64,000 bases of DNA from Octopus sinensis (GCF_006345805.1 NC_042997.1:13516001-13580000); one strand, 5' to 3'; counted from the stretch's first letter, positions 26,845-39,580 are shown. Translations and numbers: made by a program. Notes: a model not told the origin generated them from the sequence alone.

Positions 26845-27073
26845 TACAGTACCAGGCAGTGGCTCTCATGACATCTCATCTTAACTGATTGGAAGTGTTA
26901 TCATGTACATTGTTTTGTCTTGGTATAAAAGATGGGCTACAGCAAATATTCTGCTCAATACCAAAGATTTGCTTGTCAGTTGTTTGACCTTATATGTGCA
27001 TCACTAATTATACTGTCACTAACTGTCCTAAAATCTTGTCACACATCTGTGACCTCTTCGGCGACACTTTCTG

Positions 27074-27160
27074 TCCCCGTGTGTGCTCCTACTCCGCTTA
27101 TACCTTGTGTGTGCACCTGTTCCACTTAGTCCTCGTGTGTGCCCCTTCTCCGCTTAGTCC
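27074..27160. repeat. Short minisatellite, ~28-bp unit x3
   Basis: TCC(C/T)CGTGTGTGC(T/A/C)CCT..TCC(G/A)CTTA(G/T) repeated three times. Confidence 0.8.
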
Positions 27161-27174
27161 ATATGTATACATAC

Positions 27175-27241
<67 letters not shown>

Positions 27242-27360
27242 TGTATATGTGTGTGTGTATATATTAGTAAAAACGGTAAGATAACAAAAGAAAGAAAGAG
27301 ACCTCAATATTATGTAAATAGAGGAAATTTATCTGTAAAATATGTGACAATTATTCAATA

Positions 27361-27430
27361 GCCAAGATAAAACTCTGAGTTTCGGATGCCGAGGTGGAAA
27401 TCCACAACACCATCTCTTCGGTTATCTGGC
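27361..27430 (-). ncRNA. Type-I hammerhead ribozyme-like motif (family 2, U4C core variant)
   Basis: Minus strand: GCCAGATAA-CCGAAGA-GATGGTGTTGTGGATTTCCACCTCGGCATCC-GAAAC-TCAGA-GTT-TTATCTTGGC; 9-bp stem I with one bulge, near-palindromic stem/loop III. Confidence 0.7.
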
Positions 27431-27459
27431 CATGTATATAAATATACATACATACATAC

Positions 27460-27498
<39 letters not shown>

Positions 27499-28519
27499 CT
27501 TACATGCATACATACATACATACATACTTGTACACATAGAGATATGTATGTATGAGTTGTTTCCTCAATTTCTTTTTATTTGTCAGCTTCTTCTAGTGTG
27601 TCTATTACGACGAGTATGTGGTCCTCGTATTCAATGTTTATGATATATCATATCTTACTTTTTTCAATTGTAACCATCGATCCCTAAAATATAATTTACT
27701 GAATTTTTCATATGTACAGTAAAAAGCTACTTCTGTTCAAAAGAATTAATTAGTTCTTCTTGATATTAATCGCTCCCATTATATGTTTTGTTATTTCTAT
27801 TTTTGCATACATAATATAATATAGTTTCTATAGATTCTGCTACCTGAGCTTTGGCGAACAGTCTTTCTACACCAAGGTCGAGATGTTGCCTACTCCAGAT
27901 GAACGTGTACTGTAAATTCTCGGTATGGACTTTTAATAAGCTTATGTAATTGATTAGTTATCTTGTGTGTTAGTGTATTTATTGGTGATTTGAATCTAAA
28001 AGGGTTGTTTACATTGTTTTATCAATGTAAATTTTAATATCATATGAATATGTCCTTATGATTATACATATCTTTCCTGTCTTTTATTCCATATTATCAC
28101 AGTGATATTTTACTATCATGCATAGCGCGCTAAAGTTTAGTGGTGGGAGCCTTTTGTTGTGTAGATATCTATTTCCATTACACTTGCCTTGGAATAAGTC
28201 TGGAAGTTTATCGTCAATGTTTTCAGATGTGTGTGTGTATGTGTGTTTTATCTCTGAGATTGTTCGGAACTCAGTAGTGTGATTTTGTTTACTTTCATTT
28301 TGTTTTTCACTGATCAATATATCTTATACATTTGATTGTGAATGTGAAAGATGTAAACTTTACAATTCCGATTTTTTATAGAAATCACGACGATTTCCAT
28401 CGGTTCATCATGAACAGCAAAATTAAAACTTGAAACCCGATGTCACACAAGAGAAAAACAAAATGAAAGCGAGTGATAAGCATTAGGGAGCAACACATCA
28501 ATACTCTGAATAATCCTTT

Positions 28520-28895
28520 CTACTGGAGGCAGAATGCCTTAGATTTATGGGGAGTGGACTATTCAATTACATCGACCCCACTGTTTCATTGCTGCTCAAT
28601 TAATTGACGTGAAAGGATAAAAAGCCAAGTCGACCTCTGCGGAATTTGAACTCAGAAAGTAGCGACGGGCGAAATATCGCTATGCATTTCATCCACAGCG
28701 CTAACGATTCTGCCAGCTCACTGCCTTATCAATACTCTTTACTCTCTCTTTTACTCTTTTACTTGTTTCAGTCATTTATCTGCAGCCATGCTGGAGCACC
28801 GCCTTTAGTCGAGCAAATCGACCCCAGGACTTATTCTCTGTAAGCGTAGTGCTTATTCTATCGGTCTCTTTTGCCGCTCCGCTCAGTTACGGTTA
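28520..28895 (-). mobile_element. Adjacent partial SINEs (family A ~28520-28728; family B 3' part ~28735-28895)
   Basis: Similarity to other copies in this window. Confidence 0.8.
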
Positions 28896-29529
28896 TTTAG
28901 TTACTCTAAATATAATGCTATAGGATTACTAATGGAAACTTTGCATATAAAGCAACACAAGTTTAAAATATACTCACAAACAATCAACACCTGAATCATA
29001 CTGTTATATTTAACGTACATATTCTCAATCTTTTGTGTTAAAGGCAGCAGCAATCAAATTGTCATTACCTTCTGTAAACAGGCAGCAATACGTTTCAATA
29101 TCACTTCATCTGGAAGACGAAATATGGATGCGTAGAAACAATAGTGAAGAATTTTAGAAATAAATTAAAGCTATAAGGGTAAATAACAATGCAAGTAAAA
29201 GAGGATATAGTTAAGGATCATTAAAATCATTTCTCAAGTTAAATAGCATGTTTGGGAAAACGACAATCAGGCCACTGCTCAAAAGTACGGGGCAAATATA
29301 AACAAATGTTTCAAGTCTTTGATCTCATAAGAATACTACCGCATACAGAAAATTCCCGATGAAAGGGTAGGCTTTGACATACAGACCAACTGTTTCGAAT
29401 TTATATGGGTTATAATACCCTGCATGATTAAAAACATAAATAACAGAGGACTAACGCAAATAGAGTAACAGTGTGAATGGGGATATCTAAAAGGTAGCGA
29501 AATGAATGTGAACTGGAATATATACACTT

Positions 29530-29943
29530 TTACACTTTTACTCTTTTAATTGTTTCAGTCATTTGACTGCAGCCATGCTGGAGCACTGCCTTTAGTCGAG
29601 CAAATCGACTCCAGGACTTATTCTTTGTAAGCCTAGTTTTTATTTTATCGGTCTCTCTCGCCGAACCCCTAAGTTACGGGGACGTAAAAACACCAGCATC
29701 GGTTGTCAAGCGATGTTGGGGAGACAAACACAGGCACACGAGCACACACACACACATATCTATACAAATATATACATATATACGACGGGCTTCTTTCAGT
29801 TTCCGTCTACCAAATCCACTCACAAGGCTTTGGTCGGCCCGAGGCTATAGTAGAAGACACTTGCCCAAGGTGACACGCAGTGGGACTGAACCCGGAACCA
29901 TGATTTTGGTAAGCAAGCTACTTACCACACAGCCACTCCTGTG
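29530..29943 (-). mobile_element. tRNA-derived SINE family B, full length
   Basis: Head AGGAGTGGCTGTGTGGTAAGTAGCTTGC...GGTTCAGTCCC on the minus strand; internal (CA/TA) microsatellite; homologous to 38255-38646. Confidence 0.92.
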
Positions 29944-29955
29944 CCTTTGTGTGAC

Positions 29956-30061
29956 GCTTAGAGCACCTAAGTTTCCCAAGCGGTCACCCATCTAAGTATT
30001 AGCCAGGCTCGACGTTGCTTAATTTAGGTGATCGGTCGAGAACCTGTGCTATCAACGTGAT
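29956..30061 (-). pseudogene. 5S rRNA pseudogene (5'-truncated, diverged)
   Basis: Minus strand ATCACGTTGATAGCACAGGTTCTCGACCGATCACCTAAATTAAGCAACGTCGAGCCTGGCTAATACTTAGATGGGTGACCGCTTGGGAAACTTAGGTGCT aligns by eye to invertebrate 5S; first ~11 nt missing, substitutions in the control region. Confidence 0.9.
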
Positions 30062-30519
30062 CTTTAATTTATTGAAATTTTCCAATAATTTCGTGAAAGA
30101 AAATGCTGTGAGAAAGGCCTTCTTCATCACACTTTAACAAAATTAAGTTTATAGGCGGTACTGCGAAGTGAATTCGCTAAAGACCGAAAACGTACGACAA
30201 GAGCCGAAATATGACGAGCATTATCACATATAACTGACAACATACACGACAATATTACATGGGTATTTAAATTGCCGAAATCAACTTTAAAATGATAACT
30301 TTAAATTAATTTACAGAAATAAACTGCTGTATTAATCATATAGATAAATATCTCGTAATTATAACGAAAGTGCATTTCTGAGAAAGCAATTAGCATAAGG
30401 GTGCAGTAAGTGTGAAAAGAATCAGTGTTAAAGAGATAATGTATATAATGATATATTAAGTACAACTAATACGAAGAGACATTGAAAATATAATCAAATC
30501 ACATATTGAAATAAATTAC

Positions 30520-30560
30520 ATATATAATAGATTTTATAATTTTATATATGTACATATATA

Positions 30561-30627
<67 letters not shown>

Positions 30628-30787
30628 ATATATATTATATACACATATATATGCACATATATATATAATATATATATATGCATGCATTTATATACATACA
30701 TTTATATATATATATATAATATAAACATACTGTTTTTTACGTATGTATATTTACATACATATACATGTATACATATATTATGTATAA

Positions 30788-30832
<45 letters not shown>

Positions 30833-30918
30833 CACACAAACATATATATATATATATATATGTGTGTATTTAAGTATATATCTCTGTATATACATGTATG
30901 CATATATATATGTATATA

Positions 30919-30962
<44 letters not shown>

Positions 30963-31653
30963 TATAGACATATACATACATACACACACATATATATGTA
31001 TGTATGTATGTATGTATATATATATATATATGAAAAAATTAGATTGAAACGCAATCATACGTTCTGAAGAAGTAAGAATGCCAAAAGACTCTAAATAATT
31101 GTGAGAGAAAAAAGTCAGGATGTATATCTTAAAATTTATCTGCGCATTCCTGTCCAACAAAGAAGAAAAACGAGTTTGAAACAAAACGAAAATAAAAACA
31201 ACTTTGTTATCAGATATAATTTTAACTTAGTTGTTGGCTTAAAGCATCTGCAGCAGAAGGTTTTTCATAATACAGCGAAGGAAGAGAAGAGAAAAACAGA
31301 CGTTCTAAAATGTGGATGAATGTGTAATATTATTTTTCTGCATTTGTATTTGTGCGTATTAGAGTGGATGGTGAGGCGTTTGTGTTTGTGTGCATATGCA
31401 TATATGTATGCATCTACAGAAACATTTACATACACATATATATATATATATATATATAATATATATATATATATGAATGTATGTATTCTTGAATGCATGT
31501 ATTGACACATGCACAAAGCAAAACACCTATACACGTGTGTATATATGTATGTAGATATACATATATATACATGCACATATATATGTATATATATACATGC
31601 ATATATATATATATAGATATATATGTACATGCACACACATATATATATATATA

Positions 31654-31711
<58 letters not shown>

Positions 31712-31730
31712 GTCTCTCTATATATATATG

Positions 31731-31762
<32 letters not shown>

Positions 31763-31960
31763 TATGTGTATACTTAACACAGGATATTCTTTTAAATAAC
31801 ATACTTATATTTAAACTGGCGTGCATGGACGTGCAGGCATATTTTTGTATGGGTATGTATACACAGGCGCATATATGTGTGTGTGTACGTGTGTGTTTGC
31901 GCGCGCGAGTTTGTGTGCACCTGTATGTGCGTGTGTGTGTGTGTGTGAGTGTGAGTGAGT
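30520..31960. repeat. Extended (TA)n/(TACA)n/(TG)n low-complexity region
   Basis: Direct inspection; interrupted by non-repeat sequence ~31035-31400. Confidence 0.9.
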
Positions 31961-32049
31961 GAGCGTGTGTAATGCTCTATTATTTATTGTTCTTTAGAGT
32001 GAATATATTAAAGACCTCAGAAAGTTAGGTTTATCTCGCTCTCTTTCTC

Positions 32050-32099
<50 letters not shown>

Positions 32100-32641
32100 C
32101 TTCTGAAATTCTCAAGAAATTCATTGACGCCTCTTAGGAATATTTAATGAAGGAATTATCATAGGCCTTGCATAGATATTTCATTTTTATCACTTCATAA
32201 TGTTTGTCCAAATTTCTGTAGAGTTTTTTCCCCCCAATATATTTTAAATGGATATTAGATTTTCATATGAATAATACATAAATAAATATAATAGTATTTT
32301 GCTGCATTCTTTTCGAAGTATTCTTTCCTACTTATACATTTGTTTTTAAGTAATTTCTCCATTCCTTATGTTTAAACAATATGAAAACTAAATAAAAATA
32401 ATAGAAGTTAATATATGCGTATATGAAATGACAATAGGTGAACATACGTGTTAATATCTTAATAATACAAGAGATATAAAATTTATCTATTGGCATAACT
32501 ATTTAATCTTTATATATCTATCTATCGGAGTAGTTCTGTTTCTTTTTCCCTGACTCATTACCTATCCCATTCCTTATTCATCCGAATATCTTTGTATGGA
32601 TTTTCCATACTATCAGCTCTGCACTTAATTGTGTGTATCTA

Positions 32642-32698
<57 letters not shown>

Positions 32699-32754
32699 GT
32701 GTGTTTGTGTGGATGTAAATATGTATGTAAGTATGCATGTATGTATGTGTGTGT

Positions 32755-32978
32755 GCGGCGAGCTGGCAGAAACTTTAGCACGCCGGGCGAAATGCGTAGC
32801 CCTATTTCGTCTGCCGTTACGTTCTGAGTTCAAATTCCGCCGAGGTCGACTTTGCCTTTCATCCTTCCGGGGACGATAAATTAAGTACCAGTTACGCACT
32901 GGGATGTATGTAATCGACTTAATCCGTTTGTCTGTCCTTGTTTGTCCCTCTGTGTTTAGCCCCTTGTAGGTAGTAAAG

Positions 32979-32982
<4 letters not shown>
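32755..32982 (+). mobile_element. SINE family A, single-unit copy
   Basis: GCGGCGAGCTGGCAGAAAC...GAGTTCAAATTCCGCCGAGG...GTAGTAAAGAAATA followed by (TA)n. Confidence 0.92.
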
Positions 32983-33056
<74 letters not shown>

Positions 33057-33094
33057 GAAAGAAGGTTTGAAAATGCAATTTAAAAGATGTTTAT

Positions 33095-33139
33095 TTACTT
33101 AACCGGTTTCACTCTTTGGAAAAAGATTGTCAAAAGTAA
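33095..33139 (-). ncRNA. Hammerhead-like motif with U3-A8 core (family 3)
   Basis: Minus strand: TTACTT-TTGACAA-TCTTT TTCC AAAGA GT-GAAA-CCGG-TT-AAGTAA; perfect 6-bp stem I, palindromic loop III; two extra nt before GAAA. Confidence 0.5.
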
Positions 33140-33174
33140 TATAGAATATTATGAATTCAAAAAATTTTTACATA

Positions 33175-33678
33175 ATTGCCACATTACATGTATATATACA
33201 GTCTTTGGTAACAGGGACATGTTAAGGACATAAAGAAGTACAACAGTGTGATGAGAATATTTGAAAAAATGGGCAGAAAATATTAAAACAAATATATTAT
33301 TGGAAGTTTGGTTGCGTTAATTATTGGTTGTTGCAAATTGCCACATTACATGTATATATACAGTCTTTGGTAACAGGGACATGTTAAGGACATAAGAAAG
33401 TACAACAGTATGATGAGGATATTTGAAAAAATGGTCAGAAAAGATTAAAACAAATATATTATACATCTCAGGGTCAGTACAGAATATTATGAATTCAAGG
33501 AAAGCCAAAAAAAGAAAAAAACGGGTACATCTTTTTCAATTCTACATTTCTGCTAAAACGGACAGGTCAGTAAACAACCTTGCCTTGAATTCATAATATT
33601 CTGTACTGACCCTGAGATGTATAATATATTTGTTTTAATCTTTTCTGCCCATTTTTTCAAATATTCTCATCATACTGT
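33175..33678. repeat. Local direct duplication (~33175-33299 / ~33337-33461) plus inverted duplication (~33405-33500 / ~33583-33678)
   Basis: Near-identical segments read directly on both strands. Confidence 0.92.
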
Positions 33679-33747
33679 GTCGTCATAGTTCCTCGGTGTC
33701 GTCATAGTTCCTCGGTGTCGTCATAGTTCCTCGGTGTCGTCATAGTT
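33677..33747. repeat. Perfect 19-bp tandem repeat GTGTCGTCATAGTTCCTCG x3.7
   Basis: Identical units with no spacers. Confidence 0.95.
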
Positions 33748-35943
33748 AGCTATAGACATACCGACTCTAGATCGCCTTCTTTCTTCTCGCAGTAGGAATC
33801 GTCATTAACCAAGATTTACTTTCCAGCGTACATAACGATACTAACGTCATGGTCACTGAAATTTTTACTTAGTGCTAGCAGTTCTGTAATGCATTCCCAT
33901 GTCCGTGACCTCATTCAGTACAACACCAACTCCAGTCATCTGCGTATCTTGACGATTTTCCTCTCGTTCAAGAATCCGTGCTAGGGAGGTAATAAATGAT
34001 TATCGTAATTCCAAGATATACTCATGTTGCCTATACGTTGTCAGTAACCAAATAAATAAATAATTAATTATACATATCCTAAACACTTTCGCTAGATTGG
34101 AATGATATTGTCTACTCGACACCGATACTGTCTAGGTATGACGTAACCACCCGCGGGGCTGAAAGCTCGCAATATTCCCCTTAGAGACACAAATTCCTCG
34201 AGCATTGTCTATAATCCCTTTATGCTCTCCATGATAGATCCTTCATTAAAACTTCAGCGGAAAACGTGGTGTTTGCACACTTGCACAAATACATATTTAT
34301 CCACAAACATAAACACACTCACCTCGCACACATACACACATGTATACGCGCTCACTATATCTCATATTAATATTAGCAACAAAAACGTTTAGTTCTTCAA
34401 ACAAAATACTTTACTGTATATCTATGTATATCAACTTTACTGCTCCCCGCATCTAGAACCAGGAAATATCCTTCAAATATATGACTCACTGCGACAATGA
34501 AGTCTAGCTAATCTCGCAGTCATCCTTAATAGTTTCAGTGACCACTTTTTCTTGCCTCTCACTCTCTTCTCATCTTCTGATGCCAGCGATGAAGAAATGA
34601 ATCTTTTACAATCCTCAAATCTTTGCGTAAACTATTTTCATCCTTTACATGCATTTCCCCTTTTACGTAATAACATGTAAAAACTCCTAGATCGTTTTGT
34701 GATATTCTATATCATGGTTCTGCTTTCACAGGCTGAACTTGTGGTTAAAAACCATCACACGCATGAATCCCTATTACCACTCAAATTTAAAGAAGCAGAC
34801 TACACCTATAATACCGAGAACCACAGAAAAGATATAACGTTTAGAGAGCCGTTCAACTTACTAGATGTTGCTGCCCAATCTCCCTCGAAAAGATACCCCG
34901 GTGTCTTACAGAGAAAACGAAAGGGGATAATTAATTATGGAGGCTCACTGGCAGGAGGAATGACGCGATACTTATAGCTTCAAATGTCAACCAAAGCTGA
35001 TAATGGACTAAGCAACAGCAGCATATATTGTTGTTACAGCAGCTGAAACAGTTGTAGCAAATGTATCATCAACAGGTGAGGTAAAATCAATTAAAGACGA
35101 AGGGATTTGTGTTTTAGGTAGGTAGTAAAATGGGGAGCTGGCAGAACCGTTAGAGTGATCGGAAAATGCGTTGCAATATTTGATCCGGCTCTTTACATTC
35201 TGAGTTTCATTTTGCTTTTCATTGCTCCGGCTCGCTAAAATCAAGTATTAGGTCGATACTGTCAGCTTCAATCAAGTGCTAGACTCGACACAATACTATG
35301 ATTCACTCCCCTCAAATTTTGCTTCTTTCAGCCTAAATTAGAAATCATTTTATGAGGACAATAAGCATAAAAAGAAAAGAAACGGGTTTTATTTTATTAG
35401 AAGTACCTGTGGGGAGCAGTTTAATATGCGATAAGAAAACACCACAAAACATTGGAGATGATGAACGCCAGATAACATAATCATTAAATACGCCTTAATC
35501 CCATCAATAGTTCGTGACTAGTGAAGTTGACGGTAACCAAGATATTACCACAGGTCGATCGGTGTGTGATGGATGCAGAAATAAACTTTACATAGAGTTA
35601 ATGTGATTTAAAGCATCTTCCCATAACTTCAACTAATTTCTCTGATTCGAGAATCAGAGCCAAACCATGGAAAAAGCCTTATAATATAAAATCATTCAGT
35701 TGTTACATAAATTTCACGAACGACTCCCGACACATATTACACGTCATGTCATTGCAAATGCAAGCTTCAAAAGAAAACCACATGTATTAACGTAATAAGC
35801 ATAAGTATACCATCTTCGACATCAACTACTAGTCCATGCTTATTATCACATTAATACTCTCTGACCAATTGTTTGGAAAGTCGTGGATGCACGCCGTGCA
35901 TCTAGATACAAAACTATTCAAGCAACACAGTGTTTGACATAAT

Positions 35944-36321
35944 GTCCTTTTCTCCTCTAGGTACAAGGCCCGAAATATTTGGAGAGCAAGCCAGTCGGTT
36001 AGATCGACCCTAGAACGCAACTGCTACTTAATTTATCGACCCCGAAAGCATGAAAGACAAAGTAGACCGGCGGCATTTGAACTCAGAGCGTAAAGACAGA
36101 CGAAATACCTATTTCTTTACTACCCACAAGGGGCTAAACACAGAGGGGACAAACATGGACAGACAAATGGATTAAGTTGATTATATCGACCCCAGTGCGC
36201 AACTGGTACTTATTTAATCGACCCCGAAAGGATGAAAGGCAAAGTCAACCTCGGCGGAATTTGAACTCAGAACATAAGCATTTTGCCCAGCGTGCTAACG
36301 TTTCTACCAGCTCACCACCTT
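35944..36321 (-). mobile_element. SINE family A (two internal units) with TSD
   Basis: Reverse-complement family A; TGTTTGACATAAT at 35931-35943 and 36325-36337. Confidence 0.88.
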
Positions 36322-36352
36322 CAATGTTTGACATAATATCACCACAATTACT

Positions 36353-36740
36353 AAGGCGGTGAGCTAGTAGAAACCTTATCACGCCGGGTGAAATAGTTAG
36401 TGGTATTTCGTCTGACGTTACGTTCTGAGTTCAAAGTCCTCCGAGGTCAACTTTGCCTTTCATCATTTCGGGGGCGATTAAATAAGTACCAGTTACGCAC
36501 TGGGGTCGATATAATCAACTTAATCCGTTTGTCTGTCCTTGCTTGTCCTCTCTATGTTTAGCCCCTTGTGGGTAGTAAAGAAATAGATATTTCGTCTGTC
36601 TTTACGTTCTGAGTTCAAATTCCGCCGATTTCGACTTTGCCTTTCGCGGTCGATAAATTAAGTACCAGTTGCGTACTGGATTCGATCTAATTGACTGGCT
36701 CCTCCCTCAAACTTTCAGGTCTTGTGCCTAGATTAGAAAA
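36353..36740 (+). mobile_element. SINE family A (two internal units) with 18-bp TSD
   Basis: AATATCACCACAATTACT at 36335-36352 and 36741-36758. Confidence 0.92.
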
Positions 36741-37043
36741 AATATCACCACAATTACTGTATCCACACTCTAAGCAACCTGTACATCCCAGCAAGTACAA
36801 GAAAAGGATTTCTCCTTAGACATCCCCTTCTTCACTTCAACACACCCAGCCGCCACAATTGCTTGTCGAATAACACTTTATGATTCTCTGATTACAATAT
36901 ATTCACATTTATAAACTTTAATAACGTAGAATACAAGAAAGAGAATGAAGGTCACTAGAATTCAGACAACACAGGAGGTAGTACTCGGGCCGACCAAAGC
37001 CTAGTGAGTGGATTTGGTAGATGGAACTGAAAGAAGCCCATCG

Positions 37044-37080
<37 letters not shown>

Positions 37081-38254
37081 ATCGATGCTTGGTCTGCTAT
37101 AATTAATACCCTATTATCCCTCATAGATTTAAAAAGTGATGACACATTGGGTATTGGAATCCTAAGTATTCATACCTCAGTAAAGACTAAATAGCCAAAT
37201 TTGAAACAGCTATTATTATAAAACCTGTGGGTTGTATGTATGTATGTATGTATGTATGTATGTATGTATGTATGTATGTAGTATGTATGTATGCGTGCAG
37301 ATTTGTGTTTTGTTTCATGTATGCTTGCATATCTAGACATGCTCATATATATTTAAACGATAAAATTACGGAAAAGTTTACCGATTTTAACAGTTTCAGT
37401 GTAATCTTTGAATCAGCTTTCTCATTCCTGGTTTTGAGAAGCTTAATTGCTCAAGATTGGTATTTAGGTAGTGTGTTACATACACCAGTGCTCCAATACA
37501 TATAAACCTGAACTTGTAATCTCGATAGAGTAACTGTAGATTTCTCAATAGTTCAGTGTTGATGAAAGCATGGCATTTGACCCTATCAAAACTTGATCAA
37601 GACAGGTGCAGACGTTTTTCTACAAAATCATTTACTGTGTTATATTGTTTAGTACATTAGGAGTGACGGAGTTAATAAATTCTAACATTTCTTATGAATT
37701 TACTTAATTTAACTTGAAAAGAGGTACTCCAGTTAATTATTTAATGTTAGCTTTAATTAACAGAAATCCAGTTAATAAGATTTCAAGAAAAATAATAATT
37801 CAAAGGAAAACTGCTTCTTAAGAAAGGTGTCGGCGAAATTTCAGAGGATAGGGAAAGAATAAGAAAAGGAAGTAAGAAGAATGGAAATGTTTGATATATA
37901 AAGATAGCTATAAACACATTGCCAGTAATGATAACTTATAAATACTTAAAATGAAACAGAATAGGATAAATCAAATAGAGGAAGAGGGCAAGAGGACGGT
38001 ATTGAGATTAACAAATGAATGTGCATATTAGACTAATGAAAGTAGTTAAGGTGGTAATCAGTGTCAACATGAAGATATAAGTTTATAAATTTATGTAAGT
38101 TAATTATCAAAATTTATAGAAATTGATTAGTTGTATTATGAATAGAATGATATACAGACAGGTAGATAGATAGAGAGAGAGGGGGAGGGAGAGAGTTATT
38201 GTAGCAATGTAAACTTTAAATGACCGACATATTTCTTTCTTTTTTCTTTTTTCA

Positions 38255-38646
38255 TTTTCCTTGTTTCAGTCATTTTGACTGCGGCCATGCTGGAGCACCG
38301 CCTTTAATCGAGCAACTCGACCCCGGGACTTATTCTTTTGTAAGCCCAGTACTTATTCTATCGGTCTCTTTTGTCGAACCGCCAAGTAACGGGGACATAA
38401 ACACACCAGCATCGGTTGTCAAGCAATGCTAGGGGGACAAACACAGACACACAAACATACACACACACATATATATATATATACATATATACGACGGGCT
38501 TCTTTCAGTTTCCGTCTACCAAATCCACTCACAAGGCTTTGGTCGGCCCGAGGCTATAGTAGAAGACACTTGCCCAAGGTGCCACGCAGTGGGACTGAAC
38601 TCGGAACCATGTGGTTGGTAAGCAAGCTACTTACCACACAGCCACT
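38255..38646 (-). mobile_element. SINE family B, full length
   Basis: Homologous to 29530-29943. Confidence 0.92.
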
Positions 38647-38919
38647 ATATATATATATATATTATATATATACACTCACACACATGAGAGAGAGAATCTC
38701 TATGTTAGTGTATATATATTGTTATTTCGTGTTACGCTAAGAAGCGGTGCACGCGACCAGAACTTTCGCCTCGCGTCGAGCATAACAAAATTACGCAACA
38801 TCTGCCTTTGTTCAGAGACAAAAATTAAAACGAAAAACAGAACATCATTTACCAATATGGCATAGACACTGAAATTGAGAAATCTAAACAACCATTTCAA
38901 TATGTGACCGTGTGTGTAT

Positions 38920-39103
38920 CGATGGCGATTTTCTTTCTCCGTTTTCCCTTCCTTGGACCCTTCCTTTTTCTGTTTCTGACGAAGAGCTTCGCTCGAAATG
39001 TTAAATCCTCCTTCTTTCCTTTCCTGAGCGTCCAATAACACTATACTTGTTCTTCGTCCTCACGTTGTTGTGTTTTCTCTTTGTTCATGTTTGGATTAAC
39101 TAT
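38920..39103 (+). repeat. Dispersed repeat carrying a hammerhead-like motif at ~38973-39005 (family 4); related partial copies at ~11100-11205, ~15510-15670, ~43418-43532
   Basis: TTT-CTGACGA-A-GAGC TTC GCTC-GAAATGTTA-AA; shared TGGCGATTTT...CCTGAGCGTC..ATA...CGTCCTCGCGTTGTTG in other copies. Confidence 0.6.
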
Positions 39104-39109
39104 AATCTA

Positions 39110-39580
39110 AACAACCCTCAGATAACCTAGCGTATTATTACCAGGGCCAACAAATACAGGGGCACGGGCAGCAAATGCGAGATTTGCAACACTGAAAACA
39201 ATTAACATTATATCAAAAGTGAATATCTTAAATATTAGAGATGAAAGCTTCTCCTCTGCAAGCAAAAGCAACATTTCACACCCCAAAATTATAGGCCGGG
39301 CGCCCCACCTACTCTGCCACCCATCCAACGTAGATAGCTTTTTTCCCCATCGAACATAAAATATATCAATTTTATGCACAGAAGTCAGATGATCCCATAA
39401 GCTTATTCTATGCTCTTCAATCACACAAATATATGGACATCATACATACCCACGACAATACCTCATATATACAAACTTATGACCCTACAACCCTAGGAAC
39501 CAAGTTTGACGTCAGTAAGAAATGTGAAACTCCACAATTACGATTACCTCCCCAAACAAAATGCACAATGTAGATGCAGA
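39110..39580 (-). mobile_element. Possible very degraded L1/Tx1 ORF2 C-terminal remnant
   Basis: Weak motifs (HFVWGG, RISLWDHL, Cys-containing zf-RVT-like segment) in broken frames. Confidence 0.25.

Noticed and set aside
33677-33747. Short identical repeats resembling a CRISPR array
   Set aside because: Head-to-tail units without spacers, no cas genes, eukaryotic context
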